Positions 1 to 9,895 of a stretch of 64,000 bases of DNA are shown one piece after another. The DNA comes from Gemmatimonadota bacterium (GTDB lineage: Bacteria; Gemmatimonadota; Gemmatimonadetes; Gemmatimonadales; GWC2-71-9). Within the stretch, counting starts at the first letter, position 1, and each line of letters opens with the position of its first letter. The position numbers and the translations under genes were made by a program. The stretch covers positions 96,001 to 160,000 of the forward strand of contig JAZDCZ010000419.1 in NCBI GenBank assembly GCA_036679605.1, read 5' to 3'. The notes under the pieces were generated by a model that saw nothing but the letters and a program-made list of their open reading frames with translations, was not told the origin of the DNA and searched no databases.

Positions 1-1817
1 AACTCGGCGTTTGCAAAGAAGAGCTGGTTACCACCCGTTGCCGAAGTCCGAATAACGCTACCCTCCGATATAGTGAATGTCGTATCTCCATTCACATCGT
101 TCGTGTCAACCGACCCAGCGTCTAATACACGAACGATCGATCCCAGTTCGTTTTGACCGAACCCCCGGACGCTGTTTGGTCCACCGCCATAGAAGCGATC
201 CTCGGGCGGCGTAAATCGCGTGGTGTTGTTGTTGAAATTCTTTGGTGAAACGAGCGATCCCACTCGCACCCTCCAGGCAAACACACTCCGCCGTGCCACC
301 GGATGGTACGAGGCAAATTCCACAACTCCGCGGGCAAACTGAATCAACTCGTTTGACCCGATGGCCGTAGAGGCGTAACGGAAATCTCCTGTCAACCGGG
401 TACCTCTCGTCGGATCGAGCGGAGAGTCAGATCGATCCCATAGCAGGGTCAATTCCAGCACTGACCGGCGCCTAAACTCTTGAAAAACCCTCGTGTCGTC
501 CTCCTGACATACGTTGAGGAACACGCAGAAGGTCGCGGGGTCAGCTTCCGTCTTTCTGGTTGCAAGGGAGTAAGATGCGGTGACAGGTATGTTTGCGGGG
601 GTCAACCAGGTAACTGCGAAATTTCCGCCGACTGATTCACGGAGAAACGCATTGAATTCGCTGTGGCGCTCGCCCGTAAAGGCAACTGTGGCACTCAGCT
701 TGCGCGAAAAAAAGAATGGCTCGCGTAAACTGGCCGTGAGGTTGAAATTCAGCTTCAGTCTCGCATCTTCGCCGTTCAGTCCCGCGCATATATTGTTTTC
801 CAAATCCCCGTCAAGCGGGGTAGCAACACCGAGCTTCGAGACACGTGCCGACAAATCCAGTGTGCGGCCATCGCCAAGAAAATCTCGAACCGTCCAACCG
901 GAAAGCGCACGGAAGCAATCGATGGTCCCATACCCAGTTCCTAATCGAACTCTACGGAGGGCGCCTTCGGTTACTCGTACCCGCACGTTAACAGTCGAAG
1001 CACCCGGCGTAGAAGGCACGGAGTCCGTGAGACCGACGCTGACAAAATTGAACAAATTCGTGCGATAAAGAGCAAGCCTGCTGTCTAACAACTTGCGCTC
1101 GCTGTAGGGATCGCCTGGTTTCACCAGCAACGCTCGGCGGACAACAATCTCATCGATTTCCCTGGTACCAACAATCTCGACCGCAGCTATCGTAGCCTTC
1201 CGTCCCGGCAATACCTCGAATGAAACATCAGCGGAGTATTCATCCAATTTCGCATTAAAGCTTTGGAATACTTCAGGAAACGGATAACCGCGGTCGCGTA
1301 GAGCTGTCCTTATGGTGTCTACCGACGCCTGCAGCAACCCCAGGTTGAACGGACGGCCGAGCTTCAGAACGAGTTTCCCCAACACCGCTCGCACAGAAAT
1401 TATGTTGTCCAGTCCGCTGATCTGGAGCGAGGTAACCCGAACCGGTCTCCCTTCGTCAATTATGAACTTGATACTTACCGCCCCGTCTTCACGCCTCACG
1501 ACCGTGTCGACTACTACCTCGCGGTATCCACTGACTCGATAGATAGCCGCAATGCGAAGCACATCCGTACGAAATTCGGTTTCATCAAAATACCGCTTCG
1601 CTCCAAGTCCGATCCAGCGCACAGTTGCCCATCGTGCGAAAGCGGAAGATTCAGACGTTCCGATGAACGACTTGAGCGTCAAATCGTCGATCTCATGGTT
1701 ACCCGAAAACGATATACCCCGCACTATGAGGGGACTTTCATCCCCTTGCCCACTGAGAGCGCCAGGCCAAAGGGCGACGAGGGAGAGGAGCGAGATGCTC
1801 CTTGCAGCCAAGGTCAT
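1..1817 (-). CDS. BamA/TamA (Omp85) family outer membrane protein, C-terminus runs off the window
   Basis: Manual minus-strand translation from ATG at 1817: signal peptide MTLAARSISLLSLVALWPGALSG, POTRA-like IVRGISFSGNHEIDD...YRVSGY...VSIKFIIDEG, and barrel motif GGNQLFFANAE in the same frame at the window edge. Absent from the ORF track because there is no stop. Confidence 0.85.
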   Translation of the reverse strand, partial: MTLAARSISLLSLVALWPGALSGQGDESPLIVRGISFSGNHEIDDLTLKSFIGTSESSAFARWATVRWIGLGAKRYFDETEFRTDVLRIAAIYRVSGYREVVVDTVVRREDGAVSIKFIIDEGRPVRVTSLQISGLDNIISVRAVLGKLVLKLGRPFNLGLLQASVDTIRTALRDRGYPFPEVFQSFNAKLDEYSADVSFEVLPGRKATIAAVEIVGTREIDEIVVRRALLVKPGDPYSERKLLDSRLALYRTNLFNFVSVGLTDSVPSTPGASTVNVRVRVTEGALRRVRLGTGYGTIDCFRALSGWTVRDFLGDGRTLDLSARVSKLGVATPLDGDLENNICAGLNGEDARLKLNFNLTASLREPFFFSRKLSATVAFTGERHSEFNAFLRESVGGNFAVTWLTPANIPVTASYSLATRKTEADPATFCVFLNVCQEDDTRVFQEFRRRSVLELTLLWDRSDSPLDPTRGTRLTGDFRYASTAIGSNELIQFARGVVEFASYHPVARRSVFAWRVRVGSLVSPKNFNNNTTRFTPPEDRFYGGGPNSVRGFGQNELGSIVRVLDAGSVDTNDVNGDTTFTISEGSVIRTSATGGNQLFFANAE

Positions 1818-1842
1818 GTGTCCATGCGACGGCGCGAGCGCA

Positions 1843-3246
1843 TCAATCTTTGCCAAGCGCTGACAACATCTCCTGAACAGCAGTGAACTTGACTCTCGGT
1901 CGACCGAGTTCCTTGCCTCGCTCGGTTTCCTTCTCATCGAGACGTCGCCAATCGGAGTAGGACACCCAGTTCGGCTGTCCACAAGTCACAAGACGTTCTG
2001 CCGCAGCGGTATCGGGACTCTCCGGTTTGAGCACTGAATCATTGGCAAGATCTTCAATCATTGACTGTACTGTCTCCGCGGCGTCTGGTTTGTTAGTTCC
2101 TATCACACCAGTCGGTCCACGCTTTATCCATCCGCTCACGTACAAACCCCGAACCGTGCCCGCTTTGGTGGCCGCTCCGACTCGCCCCTTGTCGTTCGGT
2201 ATCACCGCCCAATTCGGATCAAAAGGCAGCCCGTCAATAGGCATACCCCGGTAACCCACTGACCGGAACACCAATCCCGCTCGCAGCTCTTCGAACTCGT
2301 CGGTGGGCTCCGGCCGCAAACTTCCGTTCGACGCCAGGGAGAGTCGGTTCTTCACTAACCTCATGCTCGTCACTTTCCCCGCTCCGTTCCCTCTCAACTC
2401 CACGGGTGAGATCAGGAATCGCAGGAACAGTCGCCGCGCCTTCCGGGAGTCGGGGCGCCGGGAGAATTCTTCGAGGATCTTCAGCTTTTTACCTAGCGCC
2501 TTGTCGGTTGATTTCTCGACCACTGCCTTGCTCAGTGAATCGAGCTTGATTTCTTCATCACTAACGTGAATGGCTGCCCCCGCCATTTCACCTAACTCCT
2601 TTACCTCCGGATTCGTGAAGGCGGCCTGAGCAGGACCTCTGCGGCCCAACAAATAGACTTCCTTCACACGACTCTCCCCTAGGCACTCCAAGGCGTATGG
2701 TGCAATGTCGGTCTTCGCCAGTTCGTCTGGTGTACGGCACAGTATCCGCGCAACATCTACCGCCACGTTTCCTACACCTACTATTGCAGCCCGCTCCACC
2801 GATAGATCGAACTCGTGATTGCGGAAGTCTGGATGTCCGTTGAACCAAGCAACGAACTCAGTGGCCGGATGGCTCCCGTTGAGATCCTCGCCAGGAATAC
2901 CCATGCGCCGGTCGGTTTGCGCACCGGTCGCAAAGCAGATCTGATGGTAGTGCCTCCGAAGGTCATCCAGCGAAACGTGCACCCCCACATCTACATTGCC
3001 AAAGAAACTGAAGTTCGAGTTAGACGCGATACGGTCAAAGACGCGCGTCACGTTCTTGATCTTTTGATGATCGGGCGCAACACCGAATCGAACTAGACCG
3101 TAGGGAGTCGGTAACCTTTCAAACATGTCGATTTGGACGGTCAACTCCTTACGTCTAAACAGATGTTCGGCCACATAGAAGCCCGCCGGACCGGACCCGA
3201 TGATGGCAACGCGCAACGGCCGCGAAGCGCTAGCCACAGATGTCAC
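1843..3246 (-). CDS. NADPH-ferredoxin reductase, FprA/adrenodoxin-reductase family
   Basis: VAIIGSGPAGFY, PYGLVRFGVAPDH, GVGNVAVDVAR, GWIKRGPTGVIGTN motifs; GTG start at 3246 with GAGGGGAGG RBS. Confidence 0.9.
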   Translation of the reverse strand: MTSVASASRPLRVAIIGSGPAGFYVAEHLFRRKELTVQIDMFERLPTPYGLVRFGVAPDHQKIKNVTRVFDRIASNSNFSFFGNVDVGVHVSLDDLRRHYHQICFATGAQTDRRMGIPGEDLNGSHPATEFVAWFNGHPDFRNHEFDLSVERAAIVGVGNVAVDVARILCRTPDELAKTDIAPYALECLGESRVKEVYLLGRRGPAQAAFTNPEVKELGEMAGAAIHVSDEEIKLDSLSKAVVEKSTDKALGKKLKILEEFSRRPDSRKARRLFLRFLISPVELRGNGAGKVTSMRLVKNRLSLASNGSLRPEPTDEFEELRAGLVFRSVGYRGMPIDGLPFDPNWAVIPNDKGRVGAATKAGTVRGLYVSGWIKRGPTGVIGTNKPDAAETVQSMIEDLANDSVLKPESPDTAAAERLVTCGQPNWVSYSDWRRLDEKETERGKELGRPRVKFTAVQEMLSALGKD

Positions 3247-3353
3247 ACAACCTCCCCTCGAAAGACGATGCATGATACCGAATCTACGGTACGTCAGCAA
3301 AGGTATCATCCGTCCTTGCAGCGCTTTAGGGCACCGCCTACCTTGTTCCAACA

Positions 3354-3899
3354 GTGAGTATCTACACGCGAACAGGCGATCAAGGGCAAACCTCCCTCTT
3401 CGGAGGTGGGCGTGTGCCCAAAGATGACGTTAGGGTAACGGCCTATGGTGACGTGGACCACTTGAACTCCGTCATCGGCACGGCCATCGCGGCGGAGCCG
3501 CGCGATTTCGAGGCTGACTTGCTGGCGGGCATCCAACGAGACTTGTTCGCCATTGGGGGCAGACTGGCCAGTCCCGATGAAAAAAAGGTCGAGAGCGCCC
3601 TCAAGAAGGCTGCGATTCCAAGCGGCCGAGTCGAAGAACTCGAGGCGGCGATCGACCGAGCAGACAAGGAGTTGCCCGAGCTGCACGCGTTCGTGCTTCC
3701 GGGCGGCTCCATGAAGGCCGCGCTACTGCACTCGGCCCGTTCAGCCTGTCGCCAAGCGGAGAGAAGCGTAGTCTCGCTGGATAGGGAGCAACCGGTTCCC
3801 GTCCCGATCGTGCCGTATTTGAACAGGCTTTCCGACGTCCTATTCACTCTGGCCCGACTTGCTAATCGGCGGGCCGATGTCGCCGAGACGACCTGGTAG
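3354..3899 (+). CDS. pduO: ATP:cob(I)alamin adenosyltransferase, PduO type
   Basis: IYTRTGDQGQT N-terminal motif, FVLPGG, RQAER, YLNRLSDVLFTLAR. Confidence 0.92.
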   Translation: MSIYTRTGDQGQTSLFGGGRVPKDDVRVTAYGDVDHLNSVIGTAIAAEPRDFEADLLAGIQRDLFAIGGRLASPDEKKVESALKKAAIPSGRVEELEAAIDRADKELPELHAFVLPGGSMKAALLHSARSACRQAERSVVSLDREQPVPVPIVPYLNRLSDVLFTLARLANRRADVAETTW

Positions 3900-3900
3900 A

Positions 3901-4818
3901 ATGCCCAACCGCTCGTTTTATCAGATCGACGTGTTCACCAACGTCGCTCTCGCAGGCAATCCACTGGCCGTGTTTCCCGATGCGACAGGACTCGACGCAC
4001 TCACTATGCAGGCGATTGCCCGTGAGATGAACCTTTCGGAAACCACGTTCGTCTTCCCATCGGACAAAGCGACACGACGTATCCGGTTTTTCACGCCGAC
4101 GGCCGAAATCCCGCTGGCGGGACACCCGACCGTAGGCACCTGGTGGCTATTGTCGGAACTGAACGAACTCGACTTTCCGGGAGACGGTGTACATCGTGTT
4201 ACACAGGAGACCGACAGCGGCGTACTGCCGGTTGACGTCCGAATAGAAGGCGGTAAGCCGGCTGAGGTCGTGATGCTGCAGACGCTCCCCAATTTCGGAG
4301 CTAGCTTCGAGGATACGGCACGACTGGGAAAGGCTCTGGGAGGCGACACTAACACAGTACTCGACAATATCGCGCCCCAAGTAGTCTCCACAGCACTACC
4401 CCAATTGATGGTCCCGATCCGCGACCGCACCGCACTCAAGGGACTCCCGTCTGGTGGGGGCGGAGACACTCTCACGACCCTGCTTCGTGAGGTAGGGTCC
4501 GACTGTGCGATGTGCTACGCCATGGAGACCGAGGATTCCGGCTCCACCGTCCATTGCCGCATGTTTGCGCCGGGACTAGGCGTTCCCGAGGATCCAGCGA
4601 CGGGAAGCGCCGCCGGAGCGCTGGGATCCTATCTGGTCTGGCATGGCTTGATCCGGCCCCATGGAGGCTTGGCCAGCATTATCGTGGAGCAAGGAGTCGA
4701 GATCGGCCGACCCAGTCACATCAATGTGGAAATAGTGGTCGGCAACGGCGGCGAGATCTCCGAAGTTCGTGTGGGCGGTGAGGCCGTAACTGTTGTATTG
4801 GGAGAATTGCGGTTATAG
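3901..4818 (+). CDS. PhzF-family isomerase
   Basis: QIDVFT...GNPLAV, EMNLSETTF, RFFTPTAEIPLAGHPT, EDPATGSA, EQGVEIGRPS. Confidence 0.9.
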   Translation: MPNRSFYQIDVFTNVALAGNPLAVFPDATGLDALTMQAIAREMNLSETTFVFPSDKATRRIRFFTPTAEIPLAGHPTVGTWWLLSELNELDFPGDGVHRVTQETDSGVLPVDVRIEGGKPAEVVMLQTLPNFGASFEDTARLGKALGGDTNTVLDNIAPQVVSTALPQLMVPIRDRTALKGLPSGGGGDTLTTLLREVGSDCAMCYAMETEDSGSTVHCRMFAPGLGVPEDPATGSAAGALGSYLVWHGLIRPHGGLASIIVEQGVEIGRPSHINVEIVVGNGGEISEVRVGGEAVTVVLGELRL

Positions 4819-5918
4819 CAACCAAAAACATTACTGTTCCCATCGGCAGCAGTTCCTATCAAGTGGTCCTGGGCCACGGAGTACTGGCAGAAGTCTCGGG
4901 ACTCATCGAGTCCCATACACCCGCAGCCAGATACGCGATCGTGACCGACTCCAACGTTGGCGAACTCTATGGTGAGCGGCTGGCAAGTCAGCTGGGAGGA
5001 GGTGATCGCTGCAGGTTGTTCTCCTTTCGAGCCGGTGAGCAAAGCAAGACCAGAACTACGTGGATTGAGCTAACAGACGAACTACTCTCGGCCGGATTTG
5101 GACGCGACTCTCTGGTCGTGGCCCTAGGCGGTGGAGTGGTAGGGGACATGGCTGGCTTTCTCGCAGCTACGTACCTGCGAGGCGTGCCGCACGTACAAAT
5201 ACCAACATCACTCCTCGCCATGATCGACAGCTCGGTTGGCGGGAAGACCGGTGTCGATACACCGCACGGCAAGAACCTGGTGGGAGCGTTTCACCAGCCG
5301 TCCTTGGTCGTGACGGACGTAGCCACATTGGCAACACTTCCGAAGCGCGAGTTCACAGCGGGTATCGCCGAGGCAATCAAGCATGGCGCCATCACCGACG
5401 CGGCGTATTTCGAGCGGCTGGCCGACCTCCGGGAGTCGATTCTCAACAAAGAGCCGGAGGCTTTGATCGAAATGATAGGGCGAAGCATCTCGATCAAATC
5501 CGAAGTCGTGGCCGACGACGAGCGAGAACATGGGAGACGCGCGATGCTCAACTTTGGTCATACGATCGCCCACGCACTGGAGGTGGCCACGGACTACGAT
5601 CTGCTGCACGGGGAGGCCGTAGCAATCGGGATGCTCGCTGAAGCGAGGCTTGGAACAGCCCTCGGAATCACGGCTCCAGATGTAGCCGACCGCTTGCGTG
5701 AGGCACTTGACGCATTTCACTTGCCGGTGGAGCCCTGTCGCCCGTTGGCAAAAGATCGGATGCTAAGCGCAATGGCACAGGACAAGAAGAACCGATCCGG
5801 CACCGCCAGGTTGACCCTCTTGGAGCGGCTCGGCAAGGTAGCTTCCGACCCTGTGAACGGGTGGACTCACGCTGTTCCCGAGCCCGCAATAGAAGAGATC
5901 ATTCGGTCGCTTCACTAA
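4815..5918 (+). CDS. aroB: 3-dehydroquinate synthase (start uncertain: ATA at 4815 or GTG at 4863)
   Basis: ALGGGVVGD, PTSLLAMIDSSVGGKTGV, KNLVGAFHQP, LNFGHTIAHALE, LLHGEAVAIG. Confidence 0.92.
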   Translation: MATKNITVPIGSSSYQVVLGHGVLAEVSGLIESHTPAARYAIVTDSNVGELYGERLASQLGGGDRCRLFSFRAGEQSKTRTTWIELTDELLSAGFGRDSLVVALGGGVVGDMAGFLAATYLRGVPHVQIPTSLLAMIDSSVGGKTGVDTPHGKNLVGAFHQPSLVVTDVATLATLPKREFTAGIAEAIKHGAITDAAYFERLADLRESILNKEPEALIEMIGRSISIKSEVVADDEREHGRRAMLNFGHTIAHALEVATDYDLLHGEAVAIGMLAEARLGTALGITAPDVADRLREALDAFHLPVEPCRPLAKDRMLSAMAQDKKNRSGTARLTLLERLGKVASDPVNGWTHAVPEPAIEEIIRSLH

Positions 5919-6102
5919 CCGCAATCGGCTCAACGAGTTACCGGTTTTTTTCACACTGCTCATAGCAACATAAGTGATTGACGTCAAAACGTTTACGTCA
6001 CTTATGCACAGTCTAGGCAATGTGGGTAATTTGGCTGTCCGTTGACAAATACCGGAAGCGATTGTCCATCAACTATTTGTGATGTGGATAATTTAGTTTT
6101 GC

Positions 6103-6131
6103 TTGACTGGCCCTGATCCAATCCCTATATT
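6103..6131 (+). promoter_or_regulatory. Sigma70-type promoter for the sigma factor gene
   Basis: TTGACT (6103-6108), 17 nt, TATATT (6126-6131). Confidence 0.6.
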
Positions 6132-6224
6132 CGGCCGGCATTTGTCGGCCATTTTGGCGGGTCCCTTCAACTCGCCACTCTCGCTGCAGGTCGTCCCGGA
6201 ATCAAAATTGTAGGAGCGCCGCCT

Positions 6225-7118
6225 ATGACCCGGCAGTACCCGAGCAAATCACAGGCTTTCTTTCACTCCGGTTCATCCACCGCTTTCGACCTCTACCTTA
6301 AGGACATACAGAAACTTCCGCTGATCAAGGATCGCGAGGAAGAGCGGCGCATTGCGCAACTGGCACGCAACGGTAATCAGAAAGCAGCGGAGCGCCTCGT
6401 GACGGCCAACCTCCGATTTGTCATCTCATACGTGAAGAAATATCAGGGTCACGGCCTCGATTTGTCCGAGCTGGTCGCCATCGGAAATGAAGGCCTCTTG
6501 AAAGCTGTCAAGAAATTCGATCCCGACCACGGCGTCAAGTTCATATCGTATGCGGTTTGGTGGGTGCGTCAGGCGGTCCTCAAGGCCCTGGCCGAGCAGA
6601 CACGCAGTGTGCGGATTCCACTCAACCAAAACAGTCACCTCATCCGGATGTCCCGCACCGAGACGTACCTTTCTCAGGAATTGGGCCGCGAGCCAACTGA
6701 CGGAGAGATTGCAAAAGCCCTAGAAGACACTGTCAAGAATGTGCGCAATGCCCGACGGATGACCGCTGCAGAAGTGTCCCTGGACGCCCCGTTGGACCGG
6801 TCCGACAAAGATGCTGCGACTTTGGGCGAGAGATTTGCTGGACAGCAAGGGGATGAGATCGAGAATATGACCGACGGAAACCTCATGCGAGGTTTCCTCG
6901 ACCGAGTTTTTGAAAAGTACTTGACCCCGCGTGAGCGGAAGATTCTCTATCTCTACTATGGGCTCGAGGAAGGCTCGGAAGGCCTGACTCTCGAGAGGAT
7001 CGGAGCACTCATGGGAGTAACACGCGAGCGGATTCGGCAGATCCGCGAACGGGCGTTTCAAAAGCTCCGTGAGAGCCCCGAAGGCCCCGCACTCTTGGGG
7101 TTCTGGAAGGCCGCGTAG
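6225..7118 (+). CDS. RNA polymerase sigma factor, RpoD/SigA family lacking region 1.1
   Basis: LVTANLRFVIS, GLLKAVKKFDP, KFISYAVWWVRQ, region-4 LTLERIGALMGVTRERIRQIRE; 297 aa. Confidence 0.9.
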   Translation: MTRQYPSKSQAFFHSGSSTAFDLYLKDIQKLPLIKDREEERRIAQLARNGNQKAAERLVTANLRFVISYVKKYQGHGLDLSELVAIGNEGLLKAVKKFDPDHGVKFISYAVWWVRQAVLKALAEQTRSVRIPLNQNSHLIRMSRTETYLSQELGREPTDGEIAKALEDTVKNVRNARRMTAAEVSLDAPLDRSDKDAATLGERFAGQQGDEIENMTDGNLMRGFLDRVFEKYLTPRERKILYLYYGLEEGSEGLTLERIGALMGVTRERIRQIRERAFQKLRESPEGPALLGFWKAA

Positions 7119-7137
7119 AACCCAGACTCGTTGAGCG

Positions 7138-7174
7138 AAAACGGCCCGGGGCCAACAGGCTCCGGGCCGTTTTT
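7138..7174 (+). terminator. Intrinsic terminator, possibly bidirectional
   Basis: AAAACGGCCCGG...CCGGGCCGTTTTT hairpin 20 nt after the sigma stop codon. Confidence 0.75.
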
Positions 7175-7220
7175 CCCATGTTTTCTTGGCTCACCGTTTC
7201 CTCACTGTATTATTCCCTCT

Positions 7221-8687
7221 ATGACGGTCCCGAGTCAGGTAGTCGAAGCGCTCATGGATGTGGTGGGTCCGCGCTGGCTGAGGAGTACTCGCTCTGAGCT
7301 AGGCACCTACGCGACGGATGGGCTTCCCACTCACTACTCACCACCCGGTATCGCGGTTCTCCCCGGATCCCGCGACGAGATCGTTCGTGTGCTCCGCATA
7401 CTCCATCACCACAGAATTCCGTTCGTAGCCAGGGGAGCCGGAACTGGCCTGTCCGGAGGCGCCCTAGCAGCGTCCGACGGGGTGCTGGTCGTCCTCACAC
7501 GCATGACCCACATACTCGAAATCGACCCCCTGAATCGTCGAGCAGTGGTGGAGCCCGGTGTGGTCAATGAGCGGTTGTCGAAGGCGGCTGCGCCGCATGA
7601 CCTACACTACGCCCCTGATCCATCTAGTCAGTCGGCATGCACAATAGGTGGCAACGTAGCCGAGAACGCCGGCGGTCCGCACTGCCTGAAATATGGCGTA
7701 ACGTCCAACCACGTCCTGGCACTCGAGGTCGCGCTTGCCGACGGGAGTCTGGTAACACTCGGTTCAGCAAACGGAGAGCAATGGGGACCGGATCTTGTAG
7801 GTCTCTTCGTCGGCAGCGAGGGCATGTTCGGCATTGCAACTCGGATCACCGTCAGGCTCACACCAACGCCCCAGGAAATTCGTACCCTGCTAGCCGATTT
7901 CCTCTCTGTTCGAGCCGCGGGCGAAGCCGTATCGGCCATAATTGCTTCCGGAATTGTCCCTGCAGCCCTGGAAATGATGGACCGAAACTGCGTGGAAGCC
8001 GTTGAGGCGTCTATCTACCGCGCCGGGTATCCTACCGACGCAGCAGCAGTGTTACTGGTGGAAGTAGATGGACCAACTGAGGCACCGGTCACTGCAGAGA
8101 GTGATCAAGTAGAAGAGATCCTGCGAGAAAACGGCGCAAGGACCGTACGAGCAGCACGTGACCAGAAGGAGCGCGAAATTTTGTGGCAGGGCAGGAAGAA
8201 GACATTTGGGGCACTTGGACGCATTAGTCCCGACTTGGCCGTACAAGACGCTGTGGTCCCGCGCTCCACCTTGCCCGACGTGTTGGACCGCATCGCGGCC
8301 GTGGGCAGAGAGTATGGGCTCCCAATCAGCAACGTGTTCCACGCTGGCGACGGCAACCTTCATCCCAACATCAATTTCGACGGATCTAAGCCTGAAGTGG
8401 TTGCAAGGGTGAACAGCGCATCTGCTGCGATCATGCAGATATGCATCGACGCCGGTGGGACGATAACCGGCGAACACGGCGTCGGTAATGACAAGCTCCG
8501 TTATATGCCACTCATCTTTGACCCAGTGACACTCGGTGCGATGAGAGCTGTGCGCAGGGCCTTCGATCCGAACGAACTCGCCAATCCGGGCAAGGTGATT
8601 CCGCTTCACTCCTGTCGCGAATGGTGGTCAACGAGTTCCGCTAGGACCGCCGGACCGCTTCATCACGTAGCGGGACCCCTATCGTGA
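7221..8687 (+). CDS. glcD: Glycolate oxidase subunit GlcD (FAD-linked oxidase)
   Basis: ARGAGTGLSGG, YAPDPSSQ, NAGGPHCLKYG, HAGDGNLHP, GEHGVG; followed by glcE and glcF. Confidence 0.85.
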   Translation: MTVPSQVVEALMDVVGPRWLRSTRSELGTYATDGLPTHYSPPGIAVLPGSRDEIVRVLRILHHHRIPFVARGAGTGLSGGALAASDGVLVVLTRMTHILEIDPLNRRAVVEPGVVNERLSKAAAPHDLHYAPDPSSQSACTIGGNVAENAGGPHCLKYGVTSNHVLALEVALADGSLVTLGSANGEQWGPDLVGLFVGSEGMFGIATRITVRLTPTPQEIRTLLADFLSVRAAGEAVSAIIASGIVPAALEMMDRNCVEAVEASIYRAGYPTDAAAVLLVEVDGPTEAPVTAESDQVEEILRENGARTVRAARDQKEREILWQGRKKTFGALGRISPDLAVQDAVVPRSTLPDVLDRIAAVGREYGLPISNVFHAGDGNLHPNINFDGSKPEVVARVNSASAAIMQICIDAGGTITGEHGVGNDKLRYMPLIFDPVTLGAMRAVRRAFDPNELANPGKVIPLHSCREWWSTSSARTAGPLHHVAGPLS

Positions 8688-9895
8688 TTCGGCGACTTCG
8701 CTCCATGCTCGGTTCGGATATGGTCACTCAGAGTAACTCTGATCGCATCCCAATGGTGGCACCGCACGATGAAGAGGAGTGCGCGATGGTGCTCCACACG
8801 GCCACAGCCGAAGGCTGGCGCGTCAGGGTGCAAGGGATGGGAACTTGGAATCCGGCAGATGCACCCGCCGATTTTGCCCTTACGACCGAACAGTTCAGTG
8901 GCCCTATCGACGTGGCCCCAGCTGATCTCGTCGCAACCGCGGGAGCCGGCATCCGGTGGGACCGATTCCGCAGCCAATTGGCGGAGCACGGAGTGTGGGT
9001 ACCCTCGGATCCTCCCGGGGAGGGCCGTTCGCTCGGCTCTGTGGTTGCAACTGCAACGGCCGGACCCCTAAGGACTGGTTTCGGACCGCTTCGCGATCAC
9101 GTATTGGGGCTGACACTAGTAGCAGGAGACGGCCGCATCATTCGGGTAGGCGGTAAAGTGGCCAAGAACGTTGCCGGCTTCGACGTGACAAAACTCGCCA
9201 CCGGTAGTTTCGGGGCCCTCGGCGTAATAACGTCGGTCAACTTCCGACTGCGGGCAGTACCCAGGGCCGACGTGACATTGGTGGCGAACAACAAACGTGA
9301 CATACTGTTACAAGCGGCACGGAGCATCATTGCTGAGGGAGTTACGCCCGCCGCGCTCGAAATGATCTCGCCCAAAGCCGGAGCTCGGGACGATTGGACT
9401 CTGGCGATGCGCGAAGTAGGAACGGATACAGCCGTCGAAGCTGCGAGATCAACGTTGCTCGCAGTCACGGCTCCACTGTCCATTCGCATGCTACCCCCAG
9501 AAGATGCCGCACGATTCTGGGGATTGGTACGAAGTCGTGCCGTGCATCCTCCGACTACAATCAGGTGTGGCACTGTACCTTCCGGACTAGACGACGCGCT
9601 CGATGCCTTACAGCACCACCTCGACAAACATTGCGAAGACTGGATCACTGTCAACGCTCTAGCGGGAGTGATCAGATGGAGCGGATCCGCACCTGCGGAC
9701 CGCATCAAGTTGTTCCGCCACGTCGCCGCTCAACGAGAAATGCCCGTAACTCTCGAGCGAGCTGATTGGCAGGTGCGTTCTGAGGTCGGGCATTTCGGGG
9801 CATACAGCGAGGGCGTCGGACGCTTGGTGTCGTCTTTGCGCAGAACGTTCGACCCCGCATCCGTGTTGGTTGTACCGATGAGTAATGACACATGA
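8684..9895 (+). CDS. glcE: Glycolate oxidase FAD-binding subunit GlcE
   Basis: GGKVAKNVAGFDVTKLATGSFGALGVI; GTGA overlap with glcD. Confidence 0.8.
   Translation: MIRRLRSMLGSDMVTQSNSDRIPMVAPHDEEECAMVLHTATAEGWRVRVQGMGTWNPADAPADFALTTEQFSGPIDVAPADLVATAGAGIRWDRFRSQLAEHGVWVPSDPPGEGRSLGSVVATATAGPLRTGFGPLRDHVLGLTLVAGDGRIIRVGGKVAKNVAGFDVTKLATGSFGALGVITSVNFRLRAVPRADVTLVANNKRDILLQAARSIIAEGVTPAALEMISPKAGARDDWTLAMREVGTDTAVEAARSTLLAVTAPLSIRMLPPEDAARFWGLVRSRAVHPPTTIRCGTVPSGLDDALDALQHHLDKHCEDWITVNALAGVIRWSGSAPADRIKLFRHVAAQREMPVTLERADWQVRSEVGHFGAYSEGVGRLVSSLRRTFDPASVLVVPMSNDT

Noticed and set aside
3241..3262. TGTCACAC as another PafBC-like box
   Set aside because: No TANNNT at the 12-nt spacing; it is the complement of the reductase start codon and RBS.
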